Assembly: GCA_017524615.1 (NCBI GenBank)
Contig: JAFXVJ010000012.1
Span: 5,907 to 69,906 of the forward strand
DNA from: Clostridia bacterium
GTDB taxonomy: Bacteria; Bacillota; Clostridia; Christensenellales; Aristaeellaceae
Direction: 5' to 3'
Length of the DNA: 64,000 bases
Made by a program: the position numbers and the translations under genes. Positions 15,720 to 25,054 of the stretch are shown here, piece by piece. How positions within the stretch are numbered: position 1 is the first letter of the stretch; every line of letters begins with the position of its first letter. The notes below the pieces were generated by a model that did not search any database, had not been told where the DNA came from, and worked only from the letters and a program-made list of their open reading frames with translations.

Positions 15720-18233
15720 ATGAAGAAACTGTCTCTGCTTCTGGCGCTGGTCATGATGATGACCTGCATCGCCCTGCCTTCCTTTGCCGAAGAATCGGCC
15801 ATCAAGGAAAGCGCTTCCGGCTTCTACTACATCGAAGCCAACGGTGACCAGATCCGCCTTTCCGCTGCTTCTGCCGACAAGTTTTTCCAGGTCGACGGCC
15901 TGTGGTTCAAGGACCTGAACGGCAACGGCACCCTGGATGTGTACGAGGACTGGCGCCAGGATGTGGAAGCCCGCGTGGCTGACCTGACCGCCCAGATGAC
16001 CATGGACGAAAAGGGCGGCCTGCTGCTCTTCGCCTGCATCGCCGGCCAGAACGGCTCCACCGTGACGGACTTCAACGCCGACATTTCCGGCTTCGGCGGC
16101 GGCGGCAGCGACGCCGCGACCGCGGCCAGCGCCTCCGTGGTGAATCTGGAGAGCCCCGCCATCAATGATCCGGATAATCTGTCCGTGGACATGGGCGGCA
16201 AGGTTTATCGCTCCACCCGCTATCAGATCCAGACAATGTTTGTGAACACCTTCATCGCGGCCTTGACCGGCGTTCCCAAGGATCAGTTGGACATTTTCAA
16301 CCGTCTGCAGACCTATGCGGAAGATACCCGCCTGGGCATCCCCGCCACCTTCTCCGGCGACCGCACCTATAACACCTGGGGCGGCATGATCGACGCGGCG
16401 CACTACGCCTTCGGTGTGGCCCATGATCCTGAACTGCTGTACAACCTGATGAGCGAATACGCCAAGGAATCCGTGGCCATCGGCTATCATCAGGTGTTCC
16501 ACGGCTACGGCAACGAAATCGGTTCCTGGTACGGCGACGATCCCAGCTACATCGCCCTGATGTCCGCCACCGAAACCAAAGCCTATGAAGACAACGGCTT
16601 CCAGTCCCACTCCAAGCACTTCATCGCCCGCGGCGGCCGCAACAGCTATGCCAACGCCAAGTCTCCCGCCAACCTGATCGACAGCTGGAAGATCGGCTGG
16701 CAGGCCGTTGTGGATGCCGGCACCCAGTACATCATGACCAACAACAACATCGGCGTGACCCCCGGTGTGCAGGGCTACATGGACAAGGACACCTATGACA
16801 TCCTGCGCAACGAGCTGGGCTATGACGGCGTCGTGTGCCTCGACTGGCCGCTGGGCGACACCAGCCTGATGTCCAAGACGGGCATCCTGCGCGACGGCAC
16901 CGATATTTCCACCCTGAGCCTGGTGGAGCGCTACGCTCTGATCCTGAACGCCGGCGTGGACATGTTCTCCTGCTCCATCGGCGTGCCCGGCACCGACGTG
17001 ACCGACGAAGCCTATACCGACATCTTCATGCATGCCCGTCCCCAGGTGGTGGTGCAGGCCGTGACCGAGGGCCTGGTGACCGAGGAAGACCTGAACGTGC
17101 ATGTGGGCCGCGTGCTGCGGACCAAGTTCGCCTATGGCCTGTTTGACAATCCTTACAGGGATTGGGGCGAGCTGCTGGACCTGATCGGCACCGACGCTTA
17201 CAAGGCTGAGCAGACCATCCCGCTGAGCAACGAAGCCATTGACGTCTACCGTCGGCCCGAAATCATCGCCTTGGAAGAAGAACTGATGGTCAAGTCCACC
17301 ATCGTGTACAAGAATGACGGCATCCTGCCCCTGACCGCTGACGCCAAGGTCTATGTCGACGCCAACGGCGGCACCAAGGACGCCATCGCCGCCGCCATCG
17401 CCGAGAAGGCCGAGATTGTGGACGACATCGAAAACGCCACCGTGGTTGTGTACCACGCCACCAGCTTCAACGACGCTTATGAAGTGGCCATCGAGGACGC
17501 CAAGGACGCCGGCATTCCCGTGGTGCTGATCTATGAAGGCACCAACAGCGCCGAGCCGGGCCTGCAGCAGTTCATCGACGCCAATGCCCTCGTGATGCAG
17601 ACCTACCGCAACACCCCGGACCATGGCTCCTCCGTGGGTGCCTTCTACCGCTATGTCACCCCCTCCATCACCGCTGATATGCTGTTTGGCGCCAAAGAGC
17701 CCACCGGCAAGACCCTGTTTGAAATCGGCTATGCCAGCGACGCCAAGGCCCTGAGCTGGGGCGAACTGCAGGATGACATCGGCGTGACCGATGCGCTGCG
17801 GCTGTACATGGCCATGCTGGCCAAGGAAAATCCCGCCATCGAAATGCCCAACAACCTGGGCGACGTGATCGTCACCGACAACTTCGGCATCGAATACAGC
17901 AAGCCCGCTGACATCCAACTGAGCCTGCTCACCGTGCCGCGGGAAGCCATCACCGTGACCACTGAAACCAATGGCCGCGTGCGCACCTCCGTCCAGATCA
18001 ACAACAAGGCCAAGGCCGGCCAGGAATTTGAAATCAACTTCGTGGCCAAGAACGTGGGCGAGGGCGACGGCCTGATCACCGTGCCCGTGCTGGTCAACGG
18101 CGAAGCCGTGGCCGAAAAGCTGGTTGGCGTCACCGCCGGTCAGTTCCGCGTCATCACCATGCGCCTCACCCTGGATGCCGGCGAATATGAAATCGCCGTG
18201 GGCGATCTGACCGCCGCTATCACCGTGGAATAA
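15720..18233 (+). CDS. secreted glycoside hydrolase family 3 protein (beta-glucosidase/xylosidase-like) with a C-terminal beta-sandwich domain
   Basis: 837 aa. Signal peptide MKKLSLLLALVMMMTCIALPSFA. GH3 nucleophile context GYDGVVCLDWPLGD. The C-terminus is CARDB-like (NVGEGDGLITVPVLVNGEAV). GAAAGGAGA RBS. Confidence 0.85.
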   Translation: MKKLSLLLALVMMMTCIALPSFAEESAIKESASGFYYIEANGDQIRLSAASADKFFQVDGLWFKDLNGNGTLDVYEDWRQDVEARVADLTAQMTMDEKGGLLLFACIAGQNGSTVTDFNADISGFGGGGSDAATAASASVVNLESPAINDPDNLSVDMGGKVYRSTRYQIQTMFVNTFIAALTGVPKDQLDIFNRLQTYAEDTRLGIPATFSGDRTYNTWGGMIDAAHYAFGVAHDPELLYNLMSEYAKESVAIGYHQVFHGYGNEIGSWYGDDPSYIALMSATETKAYEDNGFQSHSKHFIARGGRNSYANAKSPANLIDSWKIGWQAVVDAGTQYIMTNNNIGVTPGVQGYMDKDTYDILRNELGYDGVVCLDWPLGDTSLMSKTGILRDGTDISTLSLVERYALILNAGVDMFSCSIGVPGTDVTDEAYTDIFMHARPQVVVQAVTEGLVTEEDLNVHVGRVLRTKFAYGLFDNPYRDWGELLDLIGTDAYKAEQTIPLSNEAIDVYRRPEIIALEEELMVKSTIVYKNDGILPLTADAKVYVDANGGTKDAIAAAIAEKAEIVDDIENATVVVYHATSFNDAYEVAIEDAKDAGIPVVLIYEGTNSAEPGLQQFIDANALVMQTYRNTPDHGSSVGAFYRYVTPSITADMLFGAKEPTGKTLFEIGYASDAKALSWGELQDDIGVTDALRLYMAMLAKENPAIEMPNNLGDVIVTDNFGIEYSKPADIQLSLLTVPREAITVTTETNGRVRTSVQINNKAKAGQEFEINFVAKNVGEGDGLITVPVLVNGEAVAEKLVGVTAGQFRVITMRLTLDAGEYEIAVGDLTAAITVE

Positions 18234-18292
18234 TGCTCCTTTCCTGTGGGGAGCGCGGCGCCTGACCGCCGCCCTCCCGCGGGTTTTCCTGC

Positions 18293-18323
18293 GGACGTCC
18301 CTTTCCGGGGCGTCCGTTTTTTC
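18293..18323 (+). terminator. intrinsic terminator after the GH3 gene
   Basis: GGACGTCCC-tttcc-GGGGCGTCC followed by GTTTTTT. Confidence 0.75.
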
Positions 18324-18368
18324 GCGCGCCTAAAGGTGTTTTCCTTTTGTACCCAATGGTCAGGGACG

Positions 18369-18397
18369 TTGCGCCGGTCCGGCGGATCGTGTATACT
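18369..18397 (+). promoter_or_regulatory. possible promoter of proA
   Basis: TTGCGC, a 17-nt spacer, then TATACT. This would put the GGGGAGGG RBS almost at the transcript 5' end, so confidence is low. Confidence 0.35.
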
Positions 18398-18411
18398 GTG
18401 TCCGGGGAGGG

Positions 18412-19698
18412 ATGAACATGCAGGTCCATGAAGCGGCCCGGGCCGCCAAGGAAGCGTCCTATCAGCTGGCGGCGCTTTCGGCAGAACAGAGAAATGAAGC
18501 GCTGCGGGGAGTTCAAAAAGCGCTCCGCGCCCACGCGGAGCATATTTTTTCCGAAAACCGACTGGATCTGGAAGCTGCCCGCGCGGAGCAGCTGGCGGCG
18601 CCGCTGCTCAAGCGGCTGAAATTTGACGAAGCCAAGCTGCGGGACGTGCTGTCCGGGCTGGATTCGTTATTGGCCTTGCCTGATCCGCTGGGCCGCACAC
18701 AATTGGCCCGGGAACTGACGCCCGGCCTGAACCTGTACCGCATCACCTGTCCCATCGGCGTGATCGGCGTGATTTTTGAATCGCGTCCCGATGCCCTGGT
18801 GCAAATCGCGTCCCTGTGCATCAAGAGCGGCAATGCCGTGCTGCTCAAGGGCGGACGGGAGGCCCTGCGCACCAACCGGGCCCTGTTTGCCGCGCTGGAA
18901 GAAGGCGCCCGGGACATCCTGCCGCCCGGCTGGGCCACGCTGCTGGAAACCCGCGAGGACGTCAGCGATATGCTGGCCCAGGAGGGGAGCATCGACCTGA
19001 TCATCCCCCGGGGCAGCAACGCCTTTGTCAAGTACATCATGGATCACACGGCGATTCCCGTGATGGGCCACGCCGAGGGCCTGTGCCACACCTATGTGGA
19101 CGCCGCCGCCGATACTGACATGGCCGTCCGGGTGACCGTGGACGCGAAAACCCAGGCCCTGGCCGTGTGCAACGCCACCGAAACGCTGCTGGTGCACAGA
19201 AATATTGCCGATCGGTTTTTGCCCCCCTGCGCGAGGGCGCTGGAAGAGCGTGGCGTGGAAATCCGGGGAGACGCCGCCGTCCGGGCCATCATTCCCTGCC
19301 TACTCGCCACGGACGATGATTGGGCCACGGAATACCTGGACGCCATCCTGTCCATCAGAATCGTGGATTCGGTGGATGAAGCCATCGCCCACATCAACCG
19401 CTATGGCTCCCACCACACCGACGCGATCATCACCGACGACCCGCAGGCCCGGGACCGCTTCCTTTCCGGGGTGGACAGCGCGGGCGTGTACGTCAATTGC
19501 TCCACCCGCTTTGCCGACGGCTATCGCTACGGCTTTGGGGCGGAGGTGGGCATTTCTACCGGCAAGCTCCACGCCCGGGGACCCGTGGGCCTGGAGGGCC
19601 TGTGCACATATAAATATCATCTGATCGGTTCCGGCCAGACGGTGGGGGATACCGTTACGGGGAAAATCCAATATACCCACCGGGATCTGAAGCCTTAA
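18412..19698 (+). CDS. proA: glutamate-5-semialdehyde dehydrogenase (gamma-glutamyl phosphate reductase)
   Basis: 428 aa, AARAAKEASYQLAALSAEQRNEAL...NRLDLEAA...CNATETLLVH, with the catalytic Cys context typical of ProA. The second ATG at 18418 has better spacing to the GGGGAGGG RBS. Confidence 0.9.
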   Translation: MNMQVHEAARAAKEASYQLAALSAEQRNEALRGVQKALRAHAEHIFSENRLDLEAARAEQLAAPLLKRLKFDEAKLRDVLSGLDSLLALPDPLGRTQLARELTPGLNLYRITCPIGVIGVIFESRPDALVQIASLCIKSGNAVLLKGGREALRTNRALFAALEEGARDILPPGWATLLETREDVSDMLAQEGSIDLIIPRGSNAFVKYIMDHTAIPVMGHAEGLCHTYVDAAADTDMAVRVTVDAKTQALAVCNATETLLVHRNIADRFLPPCARALEERGVEIRGDAAVRAIIPCLLATDDDWATEYLDAILSIRIVDSVDEAIAHINRYGSHHTDAIITDDPQARDRFLSGVDSAGVYVNCSTRFADGYRYGFGAEVGISTGKLHARGPVGLEGLCTYKYHLIGSGQTVGDTVTGKIQYTHRDLKP

Positions 19699-19764
19699 TG
19701 GCCAGGGAACCCGGTGGGCGGATGCGGAGCGTATAGGCGCGGTCCTTACGATCCCGCTTGCGGA

Positions 19765-21600
19765 TCAGCGCGCTTCTTCGGTGTGAATCAGCCAGCGATA
19801 GCCGCCGGCCGGAACGGTGACTGCGCCGGCGTCAATGCTGGCGGTGGTATGGAGGTCGGTATATAAGCTCAGGTCCTTGAGCCAGGCGATCTGGGTGTCC
19901 GGCGAGAAATTGAACAGGGCCAGCAGCTTTTCGCCCCGCCAGGAGCGGCTGATGCCCAGCACCTGGTCGCTGCCCGTATTCAGCAGCCGCACATCCGCCT
20001 GGTCGTCCAGCGCGGGGTGTTCCGCCCGCAGGGCTTCCAAACGCCGAATGGCGGCAAAGACCTGCCCCTCGGCGGTGATGGGATCGGCCCGCAGGGCAGC
20101 CTTGTGCCAATCCATAGGGCCCTGAGACATCCGGCGAGTGCCTTTGGTTTTTGGGGGATCGTTTTCCCGGGCGATTTCATCCCCGCTGCACAGGACGGGA
20201 ACACCGCTCAGGGTGAACAGGAAGGCGTGGAGCATGATGTCCGTGCGGATGGCACGGGCCAGCGCCACGCCGTCGTTCTTTTCCCGGGCGGCTTCGATGC
20301 CGCACAGGGAGGCGGTGGTGCCGAAAAGCTGAGCGTCGCCCAGACGGGGATCGGCGTGATACAGTTCGCCGCGGGCGGTGCTGCCGGGCCATTTGCCGGA
20401 CAGGTAATCGTTCAGATACCGCTTGTGCGCGCTTTCCTGGGTGCCAAATTGGCCCAGGAAACCGAAATCCAGGTTCCACACCACAGGATCCCGGCTGCGC
20501 AGATAATTCAGGAAGGTAAAGCGCTTGGGCAGGTACAGCATCTGCTGCACCTGATGGGCCAGCAGCCGCACATCCCTTGTGGCCACGGTGTGCCACACCG
20601 CCGCCATCAGCGCGGTATTGTACAGCAAATGGCATTCCGGCCGCTCCTCCGACCCGAAATAGGCGGAGGCCGGGCCGGGCTCCAGGGCCACATCGCCCAG
20701 CAGCAGCACCCCGGGACAGACGATTTCGCAGGCCATGCGCAGGATGCGCGCCAGGGAATGCACCTGGCGCAGGTGTCGGCAGGAAGTGCCCAGCGCCTTC
20801 CACAGATAGGGCAGGCCCTCCAGCCGGATCGCGTCGATCCCCTGATTGCACAGGAACAGCAGGTTTTCCGTCATGTCGCACAGCACGGCGGGGTTCATAT
20901 AATTCAGATCCCACTGATCGGGATAAAAGGTGGTCATGACCACCTTTTGCGCTTCTTCGCACCAGGAGAAATTGCCCGGGGAAGCCAGGGGCAGCTCCTG
21001 GGGCATGGTTTGCTCATAGGCGTTGGGCAGTTCATAGCTGTCGTAGAAATAATACCGGTCCTGACAGGCCTTTTCTCCCGCCCGGGCCCGGCGCGCCCAT
21101 TCGTGCTGGTCACTGGTATGGTGCATGCTCAGGTCCGTGCACAGGGCGATGCCTCTTTTCCGGCACTGCTCGGCCAAACGGGAAAGATCCTCCAGGGCGC
21201 CGATTTCAGGCTGCACAGCCCTGAAATCGCTGACCGCGGCGCCGTGTTCCATGTCCCGGGGGCCGCGGAGCAGATTCGTCAAATGCAGCATGCGCACGCC
21301 GCAGTCGGCAAGGTAATCCAGGCGGGCCTGCAGCCCCTTGATCGTGCCCGCGAACGCCGCCACGTCCACCGGCATGGCCACCCGGGCCCGGTCCTGCAGC
21401 CACTGGGGGTCGTCCTGCCGGGCGCGGTCCAGGAGCCTGAGGGCTTCAGGCCGATCCTGCCAGGCGTGGTACAGCATCTCCACATAGGCGTCAAAAGCCT
21501 TCAGGTTGCTGTGATACAATTCAAAGTGCAGCTGCTTCAGCTCATCCTGATGGCGGCGGAGGCGGCTTTCGAATTCGGGCTTCCATTGCGTATGAATCAT
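19765..21600 (-). CDS. GH13 alpha-amylase-family enzyme, amylosucrase/sucrose-active-like
   Basis: Start trimmed to the ATG at 21600 (GGGAGGGATACGG upstream). GH13 regions present: GVRMLHLTNLL, DAIRLEGLPYLWK (nucleophile Asp region) and a FLNYLRSRD-type region IV. The N-terminal helical domain resembles that of amylosucrases. Confidence 0.7.
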   Translation of the reverse strand: MIHTQWKPEFESRLRRHQDELKQLHFELYHSNLKAFDAYVEMLYHAWQDRPEALRLLDRARQDDPQWLQDRARVAMPVDVAAFAGTIKGLQARLDYLADCGVRMLHLTNLLRGPRDMEHGAAVSDFRAVQPEIGALEDLSRLAEQCRKRGIALCTDLSMHHTSDQHEWARRARAGEKACQDRYYFYDSYELPNAYEQTMPQELPLASPGNFSWCEEAQKVVMTTFYPDQWDLNYMNPAVLCDMTENLLFLCNQGIDAIRLEGLPYLWKALGTSCRHLRQVHSLARILRMACEIVCPGVLLLGDVALEPGPASAYFGSEERPECHLLYNTALMAAVWHTVATRDVRLLAHQVQQMLYLPKRFTFLNYLRSRDPVVWNLDFGFLGQFGTQESAHKRYLNDYLSGKWPGSTARGELYHADPRLGDAQLFGTTASLCGIEAAREKNDGVALARAIRTDIMLHAFLFTLSGVPVLCSGDEIARENDPPKTKGTRRMSQGPMDWHKAALRADPITAEGQVFAAIRRLEALRAEHPALDDQADVRLLNTGSDQVLGISRSWRGEKLLALFNFSPDTQIAWLKDLSLYTDLHTTASIDAGAVTVPAGGYRWLIHTEEAR

Positions 21601-21705
21601 CCGTATCCCTCCCGTATGTTCTGGTGGGGGCATGCCGACGTTTGCCGACGGCGCAAAAAACGATCGCGCGGCCGCCGTCCGGCAAAAATAAACAACTTTA
21701 AACAT

Positions 21706-21734
21706 ATTATATCATTTATGAATGGAAAAAGCAA
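21706..21734 (-). promoter_or_regulatory. sigma-A-type promoter of the GH13 gene
   Basis: Reverse strand reads TTGCTT (21734-21729), a 17-nt spacer, then TATAAT (21711-21706). Confidence 0.55.
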
Positions 21735-22138
21735 CCGGAATCCGCCCCGTTTATCGGCGGATGCGCGGCAAATCCCATTTTTCCGCGGCGTATTTTTTCC
21801 CGCCTGCCTGCGCGCCGGTTCACCCGGACAAAAAGAAAGCGAAATTTGCGCAGGGTATCATCAGGATATTACGATGAAGCATCAAAAAGTTGATGAAGCA
21901 GGGCGCCGGACCGCCCCATGTCGCGCATAAAACCATCAGGGCATAAATGTCCTGAATAAATACCAAATATCACATGAACCGTGCCCGGATTTTTTTGGAT
22001 AAATCAGGAATCCTCCCCTTTTGCAGCAGTTTATGCGTCTGCGTTTCGCTTTTTTTCACGGGTTCGGAGCCTCAAATCACACGGCAATATTTAATCAATA
22101 TAAAAGCAAAAAATGAGGACGCTATACCGATTTTTCCA

Positions 22139-22167
22139 TTGCCGATTTTCCGCTCTTTTTTCATAAT
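22139..22167 (+). promoter_or_regulatory. candidate promoter of the ABC transporter operon, overlapped by a direct repeat
   Basis: TTGCCG, a 17-nt spacer, then CATAAT. Direct repeats CCGATTTTTCC (22127-22137) and CCGATTTTCC (22142-22151) overlap the -35 hexamer. Confidence 0.4.
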
Positions 22168-22225
22168 TAAACCACAGAGCAATTGTGCTCAAGACGACCC
22201 AACAATTTGTAAGGAGGAAAAAGAC

Positions 22226-23950
22226 ATGAGGAAAATCCTGGCTGCTCTGCTGTGCCTGTCCATGCTGATCTCCCTGGTCCCCGCGGTGATGGCTGAAGAA
22301 CCCATTACCCTGACCGTGTTCCGCGGCGATCCCGGCGACCAGCCCACTGAAGACAACAAGATCTACAAGCTGATTGAGGAAAAGTTCGGCGTCAAGTTCA
22401 ACTTTACTTACCTCACCGGCGACCTGGATCAGACCCTGAGCACCCGTTTGGCGAGCGGATCCTATCCGGATCTGTTCGACGGCGGCAACAGCGCTGACCT
22501 GATCATCAGCGGCGGCGCCCTGATCAACCTGCTGGATTACGTCAGCCCCGAAAAGACCCCCCGCCTGTGGGCCCACATTGAGCCCCAGAAGGCCCGCCTG
22601 ATCGAAAAGGATGCGGACGGCAATGACGTCCTCTACATCATCCCCAACTACGGTCTGCCGGAAGGCCCCCAGATCGCCCTGTCCGTCGGCGGCCCCGCCT
22701 TCTTCATTCAGAAGCAGGTTCTGGCCTGGGACGATTATCCCGAAATCAAGACCATGGACCAGTATTTCGATCTGCTGGAGCGCTTCCTGGATGCCAACCC
22801 CACCGATGAAAACGGCACGCCCTACACCGGCTTCGCCATCCTGTGCGAAGACTGGCGTCACTTCTGCCTGATCAACCCCGTGCAGCACCTGATGGGCCGT
22901 CCCAACGACGGTGAAGTGTACATCTGCGTCACCGATCAGAACTACGAAGTGACCGGCAATGATCCCGCTCAGGAATTCAAGACCGAAACCTTCATCGACA
23001 AGCCCTATGCCAAGGCCTATTATCAGAAGCTGAATGAAGTGTATCAGGCCGGCCTCATCGACCGCAGCACTTTCACCATGAGCTATGACCAGTATATCGC
23101 CGCGATTTCCAACGGCACCGTGCTGGGCATGTTCGACCAGGCCTGGGACTTCGGCACCGCCACTTCCGCTCTGGCCGACGCTCAGAAGTATGACCGCACC
23201 TACGTGGCCCTGGGCCTCGTGTACGATCCCGACTATGTGAACGGCGCGGAGATCGAAGAGCATTACCTGAACGGCTCCCTGCCGAACGTGCGCCGCGGCT
23301 TCGGTATCTCCACCAGCTGCACCTGCCCCGAGCGCATCGTGGCGATGTGGGAAGAAATGATGTCCGATGAATGGCAGATGATCTTCAACTGGGGCATCGA
23401 AGGCGAAGATTACTACATTGACGAAAACGGCCGCCTGAACATGACCGAAGAACAGTATGCCAACACCCAGAACGCTCAGTGGAAGCTGGCCAACAAGGCG
23501 GACGGTTTCTTCCAGAGCAGCCCCAAGCGTCAGGGCTGGATCCTGAACGACATCCAGGTGGGCGACAAGGTCGTCAAGGCCGGCAACTGCTGGGAGCCCG
23601 GCAACCAGGATGAAATCGTGTTCGGCCTGATGAACGACTATGACAAGGAATTCCTGGCCGCTTACGGCTACTCCAAGTTCGCGGACTTCGTGAATCCTCC
23701 CATCGAACTGGCTCCCTACGGCGAAGCCTGGCAGATCGACTACACGCCCGTCAGCACCGCCCATGACAACTTCCTGAAGGTTCAGGATGAGCAGCTGCCT
23801 CAGCTGATCATGTGCGAGCCGGCGGAATTCGATGCCAAGTGGGATGCCTTCGTGGCCGAAATCCAGCCCTATGCCGACGAATTCGGCGCCTTCATGCAGG
23901 ATGCGGTCATCGCCGAGGCTCACAAGGTTCTGGACAACGTTGCCGAATAA
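22226..23950 (+). CDS. extracellular solute-binding protein, large LplA-type sugar ABC transporter SBP
   Basis: Start trimmed to the ATG at 22226 (AAGGAGG 8 nt upstream). Signal peptide MRKILAALLCLSMLISLVPAVMA. 574 aa, a size and composition typical of LplA-like SBPs. Followed by two permease genes. Confidence 0.85.
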   Translation: MRKILAALLCLSMLISLVPAVMAEEPITLTVFRGDPGDQPTEDNKIYKLIEEKFGVKFNFTYLTGDLDQTLSTRLASGSYPDLFDGGNSADLIISGGALINLLDYVSPEKTPRLWAHIEPQKARLIEKDADGNDVLYIIPNYGLPEGPQIALSVGGPAFFIQKQVLAWDDYPEIKTMDQYFDLLERFLDANPTDENGTPYTGFAILCEDWRHFCLINPVQHLMGRPNDGEVYICVTDQNYEVTGNDPAQEFKTETFIDKPYAKAYYQKLNEVYQAGLIDRSTFTMSYDQYIAAISNGTVLGMFDQAWDFGTATSALADAQKYDRTYVALGLVYDPDYVNGAEIEEHYLNGSLPNVRRGFGISTSCTCPERIVAMWEEMMSDEWQMIFNWGIEGEDYYIDENGRLNMTEEQYANTQNAQWKLANKADGFFQSSPKRQGWILNDIQVGDKVVKAGNCWEPGNQDEIVFGLMNDYDKEFLAAYGYSKFADFVNPPIELAPYGEAWQIDYTPVSTAHDNFLKVQDEQLPQLIMCEPAEFDAKWDAFVAEIQPYADEFGAFMQDAVIAEAHKVLDNVAE

Positions 23951-23971
23951 TTCATACGTGTAATGTATACC

Positions 23972-24009
23972 CCAGAGGGGAGAGGCGCTTCTCTCCCCTC
24001 TGGTTTTTC
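23972..24009 (+). terminator. intra-operon hairpin/partial terminator after the SBP gene
   Basis: CCAGAGGGGAGAG-gcgctt-CTCTCCCCTCTGG followed by TTTTTC. This is the classic arrangement that gives SBP mRNA excess over the permeases. Confidence 0.7.
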
Positions 24010-24026
24010 GGAAAGGGGATACGGAC

Positions 24027-25028
24027 ATGACCAGTGCCGCAAAAACTCCCGGAACAGAAAGGCGAATCAATCCGAAAGGGGCACGCTATCTCCAGCGGCT
24101 CGGCACGCAGTGGCAGTTGCTGCTCATGTCCGTGCCGATGCTGCTGTATGTGATCCTGTTCAACTATGTGCCGCTGTTTGGCTGGGTAAACGCATTCAAA
24201 GATATCAGCAATGAACGCGGCACCCTGATCTCCTTCCTGCGCGGTGAGAATCCGGCTGATTACGGATTCAACAACTTCACCAATCTTTTCAAGCCCGGCG
24301 CGATTCCCTTTATGGGCGCGATCCGGAACACGCTGGCGATGAGCCTCATCAATCTGGTGATGGGCACCGTATCCGCCGTTGTGCTGGCGGTGCTGCTGAA
24401 CGAAGTGCGGCAGAAGACCTACAAGCGGACCGTGCAGACGGTCACCTATCTGCCTCACTTCCTGAGTATGGTGATTGTGGTCGGCATGGCCAAGATCATC
24501 TTTGACAGTAATGAACGGACCCCCGGTCCCCTCAACAGTCTGCTGCTGGGCACCGGCATCCTGCGGGAAGGCCCGGACTGGCTGGGCCAGCCCCAATACT
24601 TCTGGTGGATTATCGGCGTGATCAATGTCTGGAAGGAGGTCGGCTGGGGCACCATCATCTATATCTCCGCCATGACGGGGATCGACCCGTGTCTGTACGA
24701 AGCCGCTTCCATTGACGGCGCCGGCCGGTTCCAGCGCATTATGCATGTGACGCTGCCCGGCATCCGGTCCACCTTTATCATTCTGATGATCATGAATATC
24801 GGGCACTTGCTGGATACCGGGTTTGAGATACAGTACCTGCTCAAATCCAGCGGCACCCAGCAGGTCGCTTATACCATAGACCTGTATGTTCTGGAATACG
24901 GCACCGGCAAACAGATCGACTACGGCCTTGCCACGGCGGCCGGTATTTTCAAGAGCATCGTCGCGATTGTGCTGCTCACAGGCGCCAACTTCATCTCCAA
25001 ACGGCTCAGCGATGATTCGCTGCTGTGA
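24027..25028 (+). CDS. sugar ABC transporter permease (LplB/MalF-type)
   Basis: 333 aa, six hydrophobic segments. EAA-loop region YEAASIDGAGRFQRIMHVTLPGI. Confidence 0.88.
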   Translation: MTSAAKTPGTERRINPKGARYLQRLGTQWQLLLMSVPMLLYVILFNYVPLFGWVNAFKDISNERGTLISFLRGENPADYGFNNFTNLFKPGAIPFMGAIRNTLAMSLINLVMGTVSAVVLAVLLNEVRQKTYKRTVQTVTYLPHFLSMVIVVGMAKIIFDSNERTPGPLNSLLLGTGILREGPDWLGQPQYFWWIIGVINVWKEVGWGTIIYISAMTGIDPCLYEAASIDGAGRFQRIMHVTLPGIRSTFIILMIMNIGHLLDTGFEIQYLLKSSGTQQVAYTIDLYVLEYGTGKQIDYGLATAAGIFKSIVAIVLLTGANFISKRLSDDSLL

Positions 25029-25054
25029 CGGGGAAAAGGGAAGGAGGAATTCAC

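Noticed and set aside
15612-17918. 768-aa ORF antisense to the GH3 gene. Similar long antisense or shadow ORFs occur at 327-1340, 7777-9435, 20017-21930, 22091-24070, 25442-27265, 49309-51291, 52971-54956, 57057-58958 and 60539-61411.
   Set aside because: These ORFs lie in the frame whose first codon base pairs with the G/C-rich wobble base of the sense gene. Because stop codons all start with T, they are suppressed there. Their translations are Gly/His/Val/Ala/Arg-rich with no motifs and no RBS, whereas the sense-strand proteins carry clear family signatures.
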